From the NCBI GenBank assembly GCA_038087875.1, contig CM075991.1:13022001-13086000 (forward strand): a stretch of DNA of 64,000 bases, written 5' to 3'. The notes below the pieces were generated by a model that did no database searches, was not told the origin of the DNA, and was given only the letters and a program-made list of their open reading frames with translations. Numbering within the stretch: the first letter of the stretch is position 1; every line of letters begins with the position of its first letter. The position numbers and the translations under genes are program-made. The stretch is from Malacoraja senta. Taxonomy: Eukaryota. Of this stretch, positions 1-12,700 are shown piece after piece.

Positions 1-1299
1 CACCTCAAAGCCAGCCTCCCCCCCACACTGGACCCCCATCAGTTTGCCTACCGGGCCAACAGGTCTACAGAGGACGCCATATCGGCGGCCCTACACTCTG
101 CCCTGACCCACCTGGACAACAACAACTCCTACATCAGGTTGCTGTTCATTGATTTCAGCTCCGCTTTTAATACTGTCATCCCCGCCAGCTTGATCACCAA
201 ACTCAACGGGCTTGGCATCTCCACCTCCCTCTGCAACTGGACACTGGATTTCCTCACCAACAGACCACAGTCTGTTAGGGTCAACAACCTCACCTCCTCC
301 ACTATAACACTGAACACCGGCGTGCCACAGGGCTGTGTGCTCAGCCCTCTCCTCTACTCCCTCTTCACCCACGACTGCATCCCTAAGTACGGATCCAACG
401 CCATCATTAAGTTTGCTGACGACACCACGGTGGTAGGACTGATCAGTGACAACGATGAGTCAGCCTACAGAGAGGAGGTCCAGCACCTGACAACCTGGTG
501 TGCCAACAATAACCTCGTCCTCAACTCCAAGAAGACGAAGGAAATTATTGTCGACTTCAGGAAGGTCAGTGGGGGCAGACATACCCCCATCCATATAAAC
601 GGGACTGAGGTGGAGCGCGTCTCCAGCTACAAATTCCTCGGGGTTCACATCTCGGAGGATTTGTCCTGGTCCCTCAACACCTCCAAGCTGATCAAAAAGG
701 CACAGCAGCGCCTTTACTTCCTGAGGAGGCTCAAGAAAGCCCACCTGTCCCCCCGGATCCTGACCAACTTCTACCGGTGTACCATTGAGAGTATCCTGAC
801 CACCTGCTTCACGGTATGGTACAGCAGCTGCACTGTTGCGGACAGGAAGGCACTACAACGGGTGGTGAAAACCGCGCAGCACATCATCGGTGCCCCACTC
901 CCTGCCATGGATGCCCTCCACCGAAAACGGTGTCTGAAACGGGCTGGGAAGATCATTAAAGACCCCTCCCACCCCAACCATGGACTGTTTGCCCTCCTCC
1001 CATCAGGGAGGCGGTACAGGAGCCTCAGGTCTCGTACCAGTAGGATGAGGAACAGCTTCTACAATCATACCGTCGCATTGCTGAACTCGGAGTCCCGCCG
1101 ATAGATTCCTCCGGTCCCTCCGTCCCCATTGTTTATTATTCTGTATTTTTTTTATTATTCTGTATCCTCTTTTAAAAAAAAAAAATCTATATTGCTATAC
1201 TACGGACTGACGCAAAACTGCATTTCGTTGTACCCATAATCAGTATTTGTGCAATGACATTAAAGTTGAATTGAATTGAATTGAATTGATTGAATTGAA
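1..1299 (+). mobile_element. Rex1/Babar-type non-LTR retrotransposon, 3' portion (RT ORF, 3' UTR, (TTGAA)n tail)
   Basis: Frame is open from base 1 to the stop at 1104: [76 protein letters not shown] tandem tail at ~1266-1299. Confidence 0.9.
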
Positions 1300-4200
1300 T
1301 AGAATTTATGTCTATATATACACATATATTTGTATACACACACACATACGTACACATAGAAAACAAACAAACAATAATAACAATAAAAGTCTATTTTGTT
1401 TGGAGGTTGTAGTATTCAATACCCTGATGGCTATTGGTAATGGCCAATGGCCATATGGCTTACCCACACAAGAGAGTAGCCGGTTGTAAACCAATCATGT
1501 TATCTTATTAACAAGTTAACCTGTTTGGGTAACTGAGCATAACTCGCATATGACAAGGCAATCTGTACCAGCAATAATATTCACAGTGCCCGTAGCCTGT
1601 GACTTATATGCTACTGCCAACTATCACTAGGTGTACTGCAGTTGGGGGGGGGGGGGGGGGGGGGTAGGGGGGCAAGAATGGGTGACATGATTTCCATCTT
1701 TTCCACCTTGTATCTCTGAACTAAACTAAAAGTATACTCCATTTGATGCTCAGGACAACACTGGTTTTCTCTACAACGGAGAAACCAGATGCAGACTGGG
1801 TTACACTTTGCAAACTCATGGCCACGAGATTTCAGCTGTTTGTCACTTTAACTCTCCTTACATCCCATTCTGATCTCTCTGGGAGAGAGGATCCATTCAA
1901 TTTTAAGAATTAAATTGGATAATTCACTGATGAAAAGTATTCTGCTAAGCTAAACTTCAATTTTTGGGGGCAATATCTTTGGGAGAATAGAGAAAATGTC
2001 TTTGAAACTTGAAAAAAAACTAAAATTGGTTACTTTAAAGTTTTCATTACTCTGGTTACATTTGATGATAGACCCAGCTTGTATCAAGCATAACTGATGC
2101 AAATACGTAACTGGAAAGTAACTGATCAGAAAATAGCAAGTGGATTTATTCTTCACAGAATGCGTAATGTACTTTATTGAGAAAACATTTGAACGGCAAC
2201 ACTGAGATCATGACCTTAATGCTTAGATCATGTGCTTTAACTTTGGTTGTTCAGTTTCTCTAAAAAAGTGAGAGATATTCCTAAATGTCTGTTTTTGACT
2301 GATTATGATCAACCCGTTGGATGGAATCCACTTAAATGTTGTGAACTGGATCCAGAGTTTAAAACATTGAGTAAAGATTTTTAACGAGCCCTTTCTTTCC
2401 ATCCACACAATAAAAAGACATGCATTTACTTAACTTTCCCCTGACAGGATTTGTCAGGGCACATTACTACATTTAACATGGCAGCTTATCAAAAGTCAGT
2501 TGTCAAGAGATGCCATCCTGGGACCAATTAGTGTCACAAAAATAACAGCCCATGGAGAAACTTTAACTGCGTAATTACCAGAGTCTGAACCAGTGTCGAA
2601 ATACATTCCAGAATATGGTTCTCTAACACATATCTGGCAACTCATAGTAAATACCAACCTATCATTGTAATTATTTGGGTCATAACAGAGTATTGGAAGC
2701 ACCATGGCTCAGCCAGTGAGAGAGCATTCAGTGCCAGATGCCAAATGCAGCAGTCTAAGACTGACTGAGATTTAGAAAGTCTATTCTGACCAGAATCCTA
2801 GGATTATAACACTGCAAGCCTCACGATTACATGATTTATTGTTTAAAATTCCCATTGTGTTTTTGATTAACTTTTTTATTAAATAACATTTTACAGATTA
2901 TTCACTTCAATGTTGTTGTTTATTATCTGAATTATCTCTGAATTTCAGCACTACTTTAACGGTATTAAAATCACTGATAACTTCTCCGTTGACCAAAGCC
3001 TCCTGTCAACTCTGCTTGTCGTCTGTCTCTCTGCTGGGGCATCCTCACTGCACTATACACGGCCCTGTCACCACCCATAACATGAGCTGAACTCCGAAAC
3101 GCGCAAGGCCAGCATGATCAGCCTTCACATTGAGCCCAGGTAAGTACAGGTGTGAGCAGATTGCAAGCAGCTTGGCTACACCGGCCAAATCAGTCAGTGA
3201 AATTCAGAGTATTTGTCAACAAGTTTCTCAAAATACTTTCCAAGTCAAAAGTTGGAAGTTCTTCATATTTGTGTTTTTCTCATCCATATTCTAGCATGTG
3301 AATGGCCAGACGTGAGTCCTTGCGGAGATAATGTTGGCTGTCCTCTTTAAACAATCCTGTCTTTGCTTTGAATATAACTTCGAAGAACCTCCCTGAGAAA
3401 GAAATGTCAGTCGATGGATAAAAACATATATTCCCATGGAGTGGGAGAAGTGCAAATAAACGGCCTGTTTGTGTCTTCAGATGGGAAAGGAAAACACACA
3501 AAAGCAGGGATTTTCATGGAAATTACTGGAAATATTTAAAAGGTCAGCAGCCAGCATCTGTGGCTAGAGAAATTGATGAACATTTCAGGTTGAAGCCCCC
3601 CCCCCCCCCCCATTCTGCATTATTAGGATTAACTGTAAAATAATGAATAGCACTTTGATATGTTTCATATAATGCTCTGATAAACTGTAAATTATCACCA
3701 TAAAATTACAAAAGTAATTAAAAAACTCCTGGCCAATGTTTAAACCTTGAAATTTTATTTAATGAATTCATACTTCTGAAATCCACATCAAAACTGTGAG
3801 GGGCTGGGCTGAATAAACGATCTGTAGATATACGGGATATCCAATAAATCTTCATGAAGTTCACAAATGTTGCATTTGATTGATTGATGAGTTTGAAATG
3901 TACTGTCCTTAAAGACATAAGTTTAATAAAGTAAATCTGTCTGAATAATTTAGTTTGTAAAATCACATCTTACAAATTTCCATTCACACTTGGCTCATTT
4001 TTCCAAAACTGTTCTGACTTTTGCTTCAATGGATGGGTAATCGAGATCATTTGTAATCTCCAGTCATTTCTCACTGCGATGTTTTTCTGAAAAGATTTAA
4101 CCGTATCAGCTTGCTACATCTTGAAGAATCAATATGGAACCAAAACTACATACTTTGAAATACTACTTGAAAGTCTGACCATTCTTGGTCGTAGCTAATA

Positions 4201-4697
4201 TCTAACATACTGGAGACAAAGTGTGTCTTTACTCTAGACTTATGAGAATTTGGACATCCTGAATAACAGGCTAGCCTTGGATGAGCAGTTTCCTCAGAGA
4301 AAACTGAATGATATTTTCAGGTAAGATGTTGAACTATAGAGGTTCTTAATTATGTCAAAGGCTTACAAGCCATTCACCAAAGCACAAGGAGATAAGGTGC
4401 CCCAAGAAGTTTCATAAATCCTGATTTATTGAAACCCATCCAGTGCCAATCAGGTCTTATCTGAAGGAACTCGAGTCAGAATCCTTCTTTTGGATGATCA
4501 GCTCATTTTGGATGATCAGCCATGATCATATTGAATGGCAGTGCTGGCTTGAAGGGCCGAACGGCCTACTCCTGCACCTATTTTCTATGTTTCTAGATAC
4601 TGATATTGATCTTGTTCCCACCTTTATCCTGGAACGGAGAGCTCCAGGCTCTGAACAAGCCCATGTGCAAGGATTAGATTTGGATTTTTTCATGTTC

Positions 4698-4815
4698 TTA
4701 AGGGCCTGTCCCACTTTCACGACCTAATTCACGACCTCTGCCGAATTTGCCCTTGACTCATACTCGCAGCATGGTCGTCACGAGGTCGTAGGTAGGTCGT
4801 GATGCTAGTCATAGC
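4698..4815 (+). mobile_element. Possible end of a non-autonomous DNA transposon (TTAA-GGGCCTGTCCCAC terminus), truncated
   Basis: TIR-like terminus followed by internally palindromic CACGACC/GGTCGT motifs. No second end seen. Confidence 0.35.
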
Positions 4816-4819
4816 GGTA

Positions 4820-5062
4820 GTGTTATTGTTTTAAGAGCACCATAGAACCGGGTTTGATCCTGACTACAGGTGCTATCTGTACAGAGATTGCACGTTCTCC
4901 CTGTGACCACAGGGGTATTCTCCCATGTTCCAAAGACGTGCAGGTTTCTAGGTTAATTGGCCTCTGTAAAATTGTCCCTAGTGTTAAGTGTACAAGTGAT
5001 CATTGGTCGGCGCAGACTCAGTGGGCCGAAGGGCCTGTTTCCACGCTATATCTCTGGAATTA
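4820..5062 (+). mobile_element. HE1-like tRNA-derived SINE, degraded
   Basis: B-box-like GGTTTGATCC, V-domain-like GAGATTGCACGTTCTCCCTGTG, CR1-type tail GGGCCGAAGGGCCTGTTTCC. Confidence 0.7.
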
Positions 5063-5794
5063 AATGTCAATTTGTCTCTGTCTACAAGCTTCATTATAGC
5101 CTTTGTACATTCATATGGATACATTTTATAATCGGTCAGAGTCACTGAGGCAGCTAACCCAATATCGCTGACACTGTCTCTTCAATTATCTTTAGCCTCT
5201 GTAAGAATCTGCTGCTGTAATCTGTAGCTGAGCACTATCTTCTCCAGCGAATAACATCACAGTGCGTTGGCTGGTTGTATCTATCAGTGGATGAACCTGT
5301 GTGAGTGTGTATGTGTGTTAGTATAGTTGCAACTGCATGAGTGTATCGGACAGGTGAATGTCAGTAGGTCATGGTGATTTGGTTAATGTTGCAGGTCTGA
5401 TGCATGGAGAGGTGTGTCTGTATTGCTGACAGATGCAACTTATCAATGTGCGCATCAACTTTTACTGCACAAATAAGGTAATTCAACCTTGAGGCTAGAA
5501 GCACCACTCATGTACATCACCCCCCAGCAAGTCTCCTCCAACTGCTGCTTCTTCATAAGTGATAGGAGTAGAATGAGACCATTTGGCCCATTAAGTCTAC
5601 GCCATTCAATCATGGCTGATCTATCTCTTCCCCTAACCCCATTCTTTTTTGACCTGAAAGACTTACTCCATGCAGGATTCCTTCTACAAGGTATTTTGAG
5701 AGCAGTTCTGGAGAATCCTGTTCCCAGTCAGATGTGCAGCTCACAACAGTAGCTCCCGTGCACTGCAATCTTTTTCAGCAAACAGCTTCGGGTC

Positions 5795-5894
5795 CAGTCT
5801 GAAGAAGGGTCTCGACCAGAAATGTCACCTATTCATTCTCTCCAGAGATGCTGCCTGTCCCACTGAGTTACTCCAGCTTTTTGTGTCTATCTTC
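5795..5894 (+). mobile_element. Penelope-derived short repeat with hammerhead-like motif (single arm)
   Basis: CTGAAGAAGGGTCTCGACCAGAAATGTCACC followed by the family body ending GTGTCTATCTTC. Confidence 0.75.
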
Positions 5895-6700
5895 CAGCAA
5901 CAGTGTAGGTAATAAACACAACAGCTTTAAGCAATACAGAGTGTTTCAATCAGCACGGGTTACTTTTAGTCAATGATTGTGACTCTTGAAATAATCACTT
6001 ACTAATGTGAACAAAACACTTAATTGGCACTGCTTCAAAATACAGATCTTTGTAGAAAGCAAGCTGTGTATGCAAACCACACCAGGTCAATTCCATTTCC
6101 CACAACCAGTAAGAAGGCTGATGGTATGTTGACCCTTATTACAAGAGGATTTGAATACAAGAAATGTTGGATTCCGATTAATTTGATGGGACCACATTTA
6201 GAATATTATGCACAGGTCCACGTGTAGTTAAAGCAGTAGGTAAACTTGGCATCATCTTGGATATAATCAGTTGAAAGATACAAAAGGTCAAATGGTCTAC
6301 CTCGGCTTCTTTTTCTGCTCTCTTATTAACTTCACCTGGTTATTCATCGTCTCAGAATAAGGAAACAGTCATTTAGAATTGTTTTTCTCTCAAATGTTTG
6401 TGATCCAAAAAGCCAGTGACTACTTGTTTTCTATACTCAGTATACGGACTGACAAATGCTTGGATAGCCAGGGAAGTAAGGGACTTTAAAAAACGGACTA
6501 AAAGTCTATACTAAGAAGAGAACCTGTAGATTTAAGAAAGATATTAAAGGTCAAATATGGTATATGATCTTGAGAAATGTAGAGCAAACAAGGTAAATGT
6601 ATGCACAATAATTGTCAATGTAGCAGGCTAAAGAAATCTCACAGTATCTGACCAGTTTCCCAAAGGCAGCATTATGGTTAAAAAGCCAATACCTTATTTT

Positions 6701-6935
6701 GTGTAGGAAGGAACTGCAGATGCTGGTTTAAACCGAAGATAGAACTAAAAAGCTGCAGTAACTCAGCGGGTCAGACAACATCTCTGGAGAAAATGAATAG
6801 GTGACGTTTCGGGTCGAGACCCTTCTTCAGAGGTTCAGACTGAAAAAGGGTCTCGACCCGAAACATCACCTATTCCTTTTCTCCAGAGATGCTGTCTGAC
6901 CCACTGCATTACTGCAGCTTTTTGTGTCTATCTTC
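6701..6935. mobile_element. Penelope-derived palindromic repeat, two inverted arms, intact hammerhead-like motif on the minus strand
   Basis: Arms ~6735-6830 and ~6840-6935 are reverse complements. Flanks CAATACCTTATTTT (6687-6700) and CAATACTTTATTTT (6935-6948). Confidence 0.85.
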
Positions 6936-9624
6936 AATACTTTATTTTATCAGCTAAGATAGGATATATTATGTAATTTTGTATAAAACATATGTTGGGA
7001 CACAGCTTAAGTTCGATGGATGGTTCGGATCAACACTTTGCAGGAATTATATCACTGTACTGGAGAGGATACAGTCGAGATTTATGAGGAAGTCGCCAGG
7101 ACATTGAATAGGCTGAGGCTATTTTCTGTGGAATAAAGGAAGCTAAAAGAAGGCTTAAATGGGATATATATAATTATGACAAACCTAGATAGAGTAGAAT
7201 GAATATTTTCGCCAGCACGGACAATAGCCAGAGAGCATTGATGTAAAATATTCAGTATGAGGATTAGAGAGGAACTCACCCAAAGGAAGGAAACCATGTG
7301 GAACTTCCTCTCCAACAGGGCAATAGAAACCAAAAGCTGCAGGACAGTTAAAATGTATTTGGATATTCACATTAAGCTCAGTGACCGACACAGCTGTGGA
7401 CCAAGAATTGGAAATATGGATTAATCTGGATCCTTCTGTCTTTGGCTGACCCAGATATATGGAGGTGAATGGGCTTTAATTCCGTGGTTCTACAAACCAA
7501 TGGCATGTGGGGGTACAAGACCAGCCATGATCTTATTGAATAGAGGACAGGTTGAAAGAGCCGTGACTTACTCCTGGTCCTGTTTTCTTTTGTTTATATG
7601 TTCTAATTCTGTAAGTAGAGCGGGATATATAGTCTGTAAAAGTAGAAAAATGAGGAGAGAATCTGAATTAAGCTCTGACCAAACAATCAGAGGAAGATGT
7701 AAAATAGACTAATTGGAACATTATTTTTATTTTATGTAATTTCCAGGAGGCTGCTTTAGCAGCATGTTTGCTCCACATAAATAGGAAGCAACGGTGCTGA
7801 GGGTTTATTCTTTTCTGCAGCCTTGTTAAGGATTACAAATATGGAGCTCAAAAAGAGGATGCATTATTGTTAAAATTAAAGACATTAGCATTTGCCATTA
7901 GCTCCCCTTAAATGCGCATCTTCTTCACTTTCTTCTTAAAGGGTTTGCCATATACGGCAAATGTAATCCCATAATGGTTCTGTGATCACTGAAGTGCTGC
8001 AGTTTCATTAGACGTAAATCAATTGTGTAACAAAACCTGAGCGGAAACAAATACACTCTGAAGTCAACCTGCTTGAACCATCCATTAACATATGACAGCC
8101 TTTTATTTGCATATTAGAATAGGCCTGGCCTCTCCAGGGACAGGTTAACCCCAGTGATAGCTACACTGCTAATGAGATTTAATTCCTTAATCCAATAAAT
8201 AAATCGGCATGGCTGTATACAGTGGCTGTTTGAAAACCCTGCCAAGAAATGGCCAAAAGGCCATGATTATAAACAGGTTTACATTCTACCACACATCCAC
8301 TGAGAAAGCTTCACTACTGCTCCGGTACAGTTTATCAATCATGACCAGGCGTTAAATTTGGTACTGTCAATAATTTGTTGTTCAATATTGCCCAAACATA
8401 TGTACATTAGGCCAGTGGTTTCATTCTGTGCCTTGTTGAAAAACCTGAACTGACTGCACAGGATTCTTAAATAAGTGCTTCCAGGCTAACCTCCACAATC
8501 AAATATATACACGGTAAAATGCATACAAAGCTAGCAAGGAAAACCAATAATTACTATCTGTTGGTGCTGTCTTAAGTTATGATAAATTGGATGTTCAAAA
8601 TATTTCACATTTACTGACCCATAATCAGATAGTTTCATGTACACCGCATGAAGATTTTTCTTTTACACTTAATAACTGAAAACACATTCCCAAAGATCTA
8701 ATTTAAAATTTGATATTTTTAACACACTATTAGAATTTTGTTGGCAATCTATTTTATCATGCCAACCATGCATTTTGTTTTAAGAATGTAGCTTTCAAAA
8801 TCATATTATGGATGAACATTTAATCGAAACACTTCATAATGACATGACTAAGTAATGCAGGGAAAAGAAAAATCAGCTTATTAAAATCGTGCATGACAAA
8901 CGACAGCTTTGAATGTTTTGATATTATTTATGGCAATTTATCATGGTTGTTACATTTTTGTAATTTTTGTTAAATAAGTAAAAATACCCAATTTTATCAA
9001 ATAATGATAATATTGAAAAAAAAATATCCTCCAAACTGAACTGAAAATAAAAATTCAATTTCTATTCATGTAACAGGAGACATTTTGGTCTTGATTTTAT
9101 TTTCAAGAGTTTGCTGGCAGTAAAGGGTTGGGTGAGGAGATGTAAAATGAAAATAATTCATTTTCCCAGCAGGTGCAACAGTTCCCCAAATATCAGGACA
9201 TCAAGGGCAGCAATTGGACCCGTGGGCAGGGCACCATCCAGAGAAATGTAGCCCAATATTCAGAAGTTGTGGCTCATGATGCGATTGACATGTAACCTTG
9301 ACTCAAGCGGATTCCCAGACTATCTTCAGCTGAATACACAATAGGAACTGCAGAGAAGACTTTTCACTGTACCACAGTACACGTGAAAATAAAATAAACT
9401 GAACTGACTTGAGTATATCTGATAAACCTCCATTTGATTGAACTTCTCATTACTCAGAATGTAAGCATTCTGCCCATACTCCTCAAGGATAGCTAAAAAC
9501 AAACTGCTGGAGGAACTCAGCGGGTCAGGCAGCGTCCGTTGATGTAAATAGACAGATGACATTTCAAGTCGGGTCCTTTCTTCAGAGAAACACATCAGTA
9601 GGTTTAAACCCATTTGCTTCAATA

Positions 9625-9720
9625 AGGTACACAAAAATGCTGGAGAAACTCAGCGGATGCAGCAGCATCTATGGAGCGAAGGAGATAGGCAACGTTTCGG
9701 GCCGAAACCCTTCTTCAGAC
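9625..9720 (-). mobile_element. Second subfamily of the hammerhead-bearing Penelope-derived repeat
   Basis: Minus strand reads GTCTGAAGAAGGGTTTCGGCCCGAAACGTTGCC. The body resembles the other copies. Confidence 0.7.
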
Positions 9721-12700
9721 TTTTTGAATAAGGAGGTGGTGCATGAGTAAAATGACAAGAACATTAATTAACAATTCATAGTTCCTCAGTGAATGTGATA
9801 AGATCATCAAAATAATACAATTTATAAAAGAATGAATGTTTTCTGTGTAGAAATGGTGAAAAATTAAGTTAATAGAACATGAAATAATATGCTGGAGAAA
9901 CGTAGCAGGTTGAGCAGCATCTGTGGGGACAAGAACCAACAATGTTTCAGGTAGAAAGCCTACAAACATACTATGAGTTCCTCCACCAAATTGTTTGTCG
10001 TACCAAATTCGAGCATCTGCAGTCTCTAGTGTCTTCAGTTAATAGAACATATTTGACTATGACCACGTTGTGTGAAGTAGTTAGCATCAGCTGATATCTG
10101 CCGTTATGCAGTGCCTCAATCTCGGCCGTGGTGTTACTGCGACACATGGCAAAGTCACATTTTGATGAGGCTCTATATCTCTCATGAGTATTCTTAATCA
10201 AAGAATCAAGGGCTGTTACAAAGGCTATTCACTTGGAGGAATCAAGTGTATCTAAGCAGTGGAACGCCTATTCAATGGAATGTAGTAAGAAACAATTTGG
10301 TGTTAAATAGACTTCTTAGGCTGTCATTAAAGCAGCAGGTGCTTCCCACTCAGAGGGTAGGTCTTGCACTCACAACTCAGTAACACGTTTAAAAAGCAGT
10401 CTGCTTGGGATTGAGAACAGGTTGCTACTTTACCCATTCTAACTATGATAGGATGTGGCGGAAGAAATGCGAGGAAAGAGGTAAAATGCAAGAAAACAGC
10501 ACACATTGAAAACAAAATGAGTGTAGAAACAAGAAATAAGGAAAAGATTAAGGATAAAGAATTGTTGCAGAATTTGCAACAAAATTGTGTGGAAAGTTAA
10601 CATCCGCTTAAATCAACTGATCTGTATAAATTATTGCCTCTTCCACCTCTGATAGAGAAAGCCCATGGATCTCTATATTTTAATTTCAACCAGTGGTAAC
10701 ATGGAAGTGATTTCCCCAAACCTATTTATTTACAGCAGGAATCACGATAGGAACGTTACATTGGAAAACATTTACTAATTTAGATTTTAGTGAATTAGTT
10801 TTAAGGAATATTTTTGAGCAGCATGATTTTTCATAATTACTGTAAGGTAAACTATTGATGTACCTGTAAAATTATTTTATTTCTTTACCAATCTTAAAAT
10901 GCTGGATATTTGAATCTCTAATTTGTTACATTCCACAAGTAGACCAGCTATAAGAAACAGATCCTCCATAGTCAGTACCTACACTGATGATAGTTATGAA
11001 AAAACACATTTCATCAAATGTAATATTTTCATTATATATTTATTTCACTTGGTCATATAATCCTAGATCACATGACTATCACCAGGTGAGTGGATGGTTT
11101 GGCAGGAGTGAGGTGAGGAGGTGACAATGCCTTTCATAAACGATCTCCATGCTAAGTATGATTCAATTCCTATTGATTACTACCAAATCTGACTTACCAA
11201 ATTGCTCGCCTGCTTGAAACCAAAGCAATGTAAAATGTGAGGCACAGATTTAGAAAATGCGTCGACTCAAGTCAAATTGATGAAGCAAAGCCTACACTAG
11301 GGTGCAGGGAGACTTTTTCTTTGCAAACATGGGCTCATTCATCCAACCTGCATGCGGAATTTTGATTAGGCAACGTTAAATGATTCTTAGTGTTTTATGG
11401 CTTTGCAGTGGATGGGGTTAAAGTCCAAATGAAACAAATTTCACAAGATACAATATCACCCTTCAAGGCATAATGTACAGTAAAAATACTTGCTGCTTTA
11501 TTTAAATTATATTTGGGTGAATGTAATGATGGAGATTATAAAATATGCTTAATTGTTGTATTTAGTACATATTCTATATCTGGTTTAGAAGTAAATGGCA
11601 GCAGTGAGTTTTATTTTAACTGTCAATGTGGAATCAGAACTAGTAACGGCAGCAGCAAGTGTTGCCTGTGATGTTCATGTCCATTGTGTTTCCTTTGTTG
11701 CCATGACTTCATGCTCCAGTTAGATTTCTGCATTTCCCTCTTCTTTTGTCTGGGCGGCCAAACGGTAATGGCTAAAGAGTTATGTTTACATTGTGAATAC
11801 ATTGGGGTGGAGACGGTTAATTTCAATGTTTTTAATACACTCTTATGTGACAAATAAGCACTCGCTGTCTCTTGGTGTGTCCCTTTCAACAATTTCTTTC
11901 GAGAGACAAATACCTAACATTTGAGAACTAACCGCCAGTGCATCACATTATGTAGCAATGCAAAAGTCAACCTCTAATCATTACTGAACATCCTACTGTA
12001 TTAAAAGGTGTCACACATAAATCTATCTGTATTTATTTCTGGACAAAAAAAAAACAAGGCCCATCCTACACCCCTAAAAAATTATGTGATAAAAGATTGG
12101 ACAAGTTCACTTTGGTGGTCGGAAATGTGAACAGAATGATCCATATATACTGAGGTTTTAGGGGGGAAAAAGTACAGAAATCTACAAATAATTTAAATTG
12201 TATAAAACAAAGTTAATTTATCAACATTGTAATTGCACAAAGAGCATTTAAATTTTTTCTCATTGATTGATGTGTGGACAATAATTACTGGAACCTGACT
12301 CCAGCAAAACTTGGGCAGATATTAATTTCTTTACTTAGATCCCCTGACCTCTTGTCCGTCTACCATTTTAAACTAGTCATGCTACCATCAATGGAATATT
12401 TACTGATAATCACTTTAGTTATCTACCTCTTTTCACCCATTACAGAAACTTTGTGTTCAATGATTTTAATTAGTGGGCAAATATGAATAAATATTTATGA
12501 TACAAAAAATCACAACACCACAAACTTTTTGTCCCTGAGTTTCATGGTCCCCGAATAAAAATGGTAAGCATTACAAGAATATTACTGACTCATGCAGAAT
12601 GCTCGGATCTTGCTTGCATCTATCAGAGAACTCTTTCTACTTTGCACTAACCTTTAGCCCCCAAGTACTGGTTTTCTCAGTAACCTATTAATACCACTCT

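Noticed and set aside
91..977. Minus-strand ORFs overlapping the Rex1 RT (likewise ORFs antisense to the CR1 and Vingi-like elements)
   Set aside because: Antisense shadows of retrotransposon coding sequence.
1570..1630. Possible PAX2/5/8 terminal exon (...ATANYH*)
   Set aside because: Lacks the SPYYY motif. No PAX8 exon could be supported in this window.
1644..1672. Poly-G tract (poly-C at ~3596 and ~40186) as functional G-quadruplexes
   Set aside because: Simple homopolymers with no supporting context and error-prone lengths.
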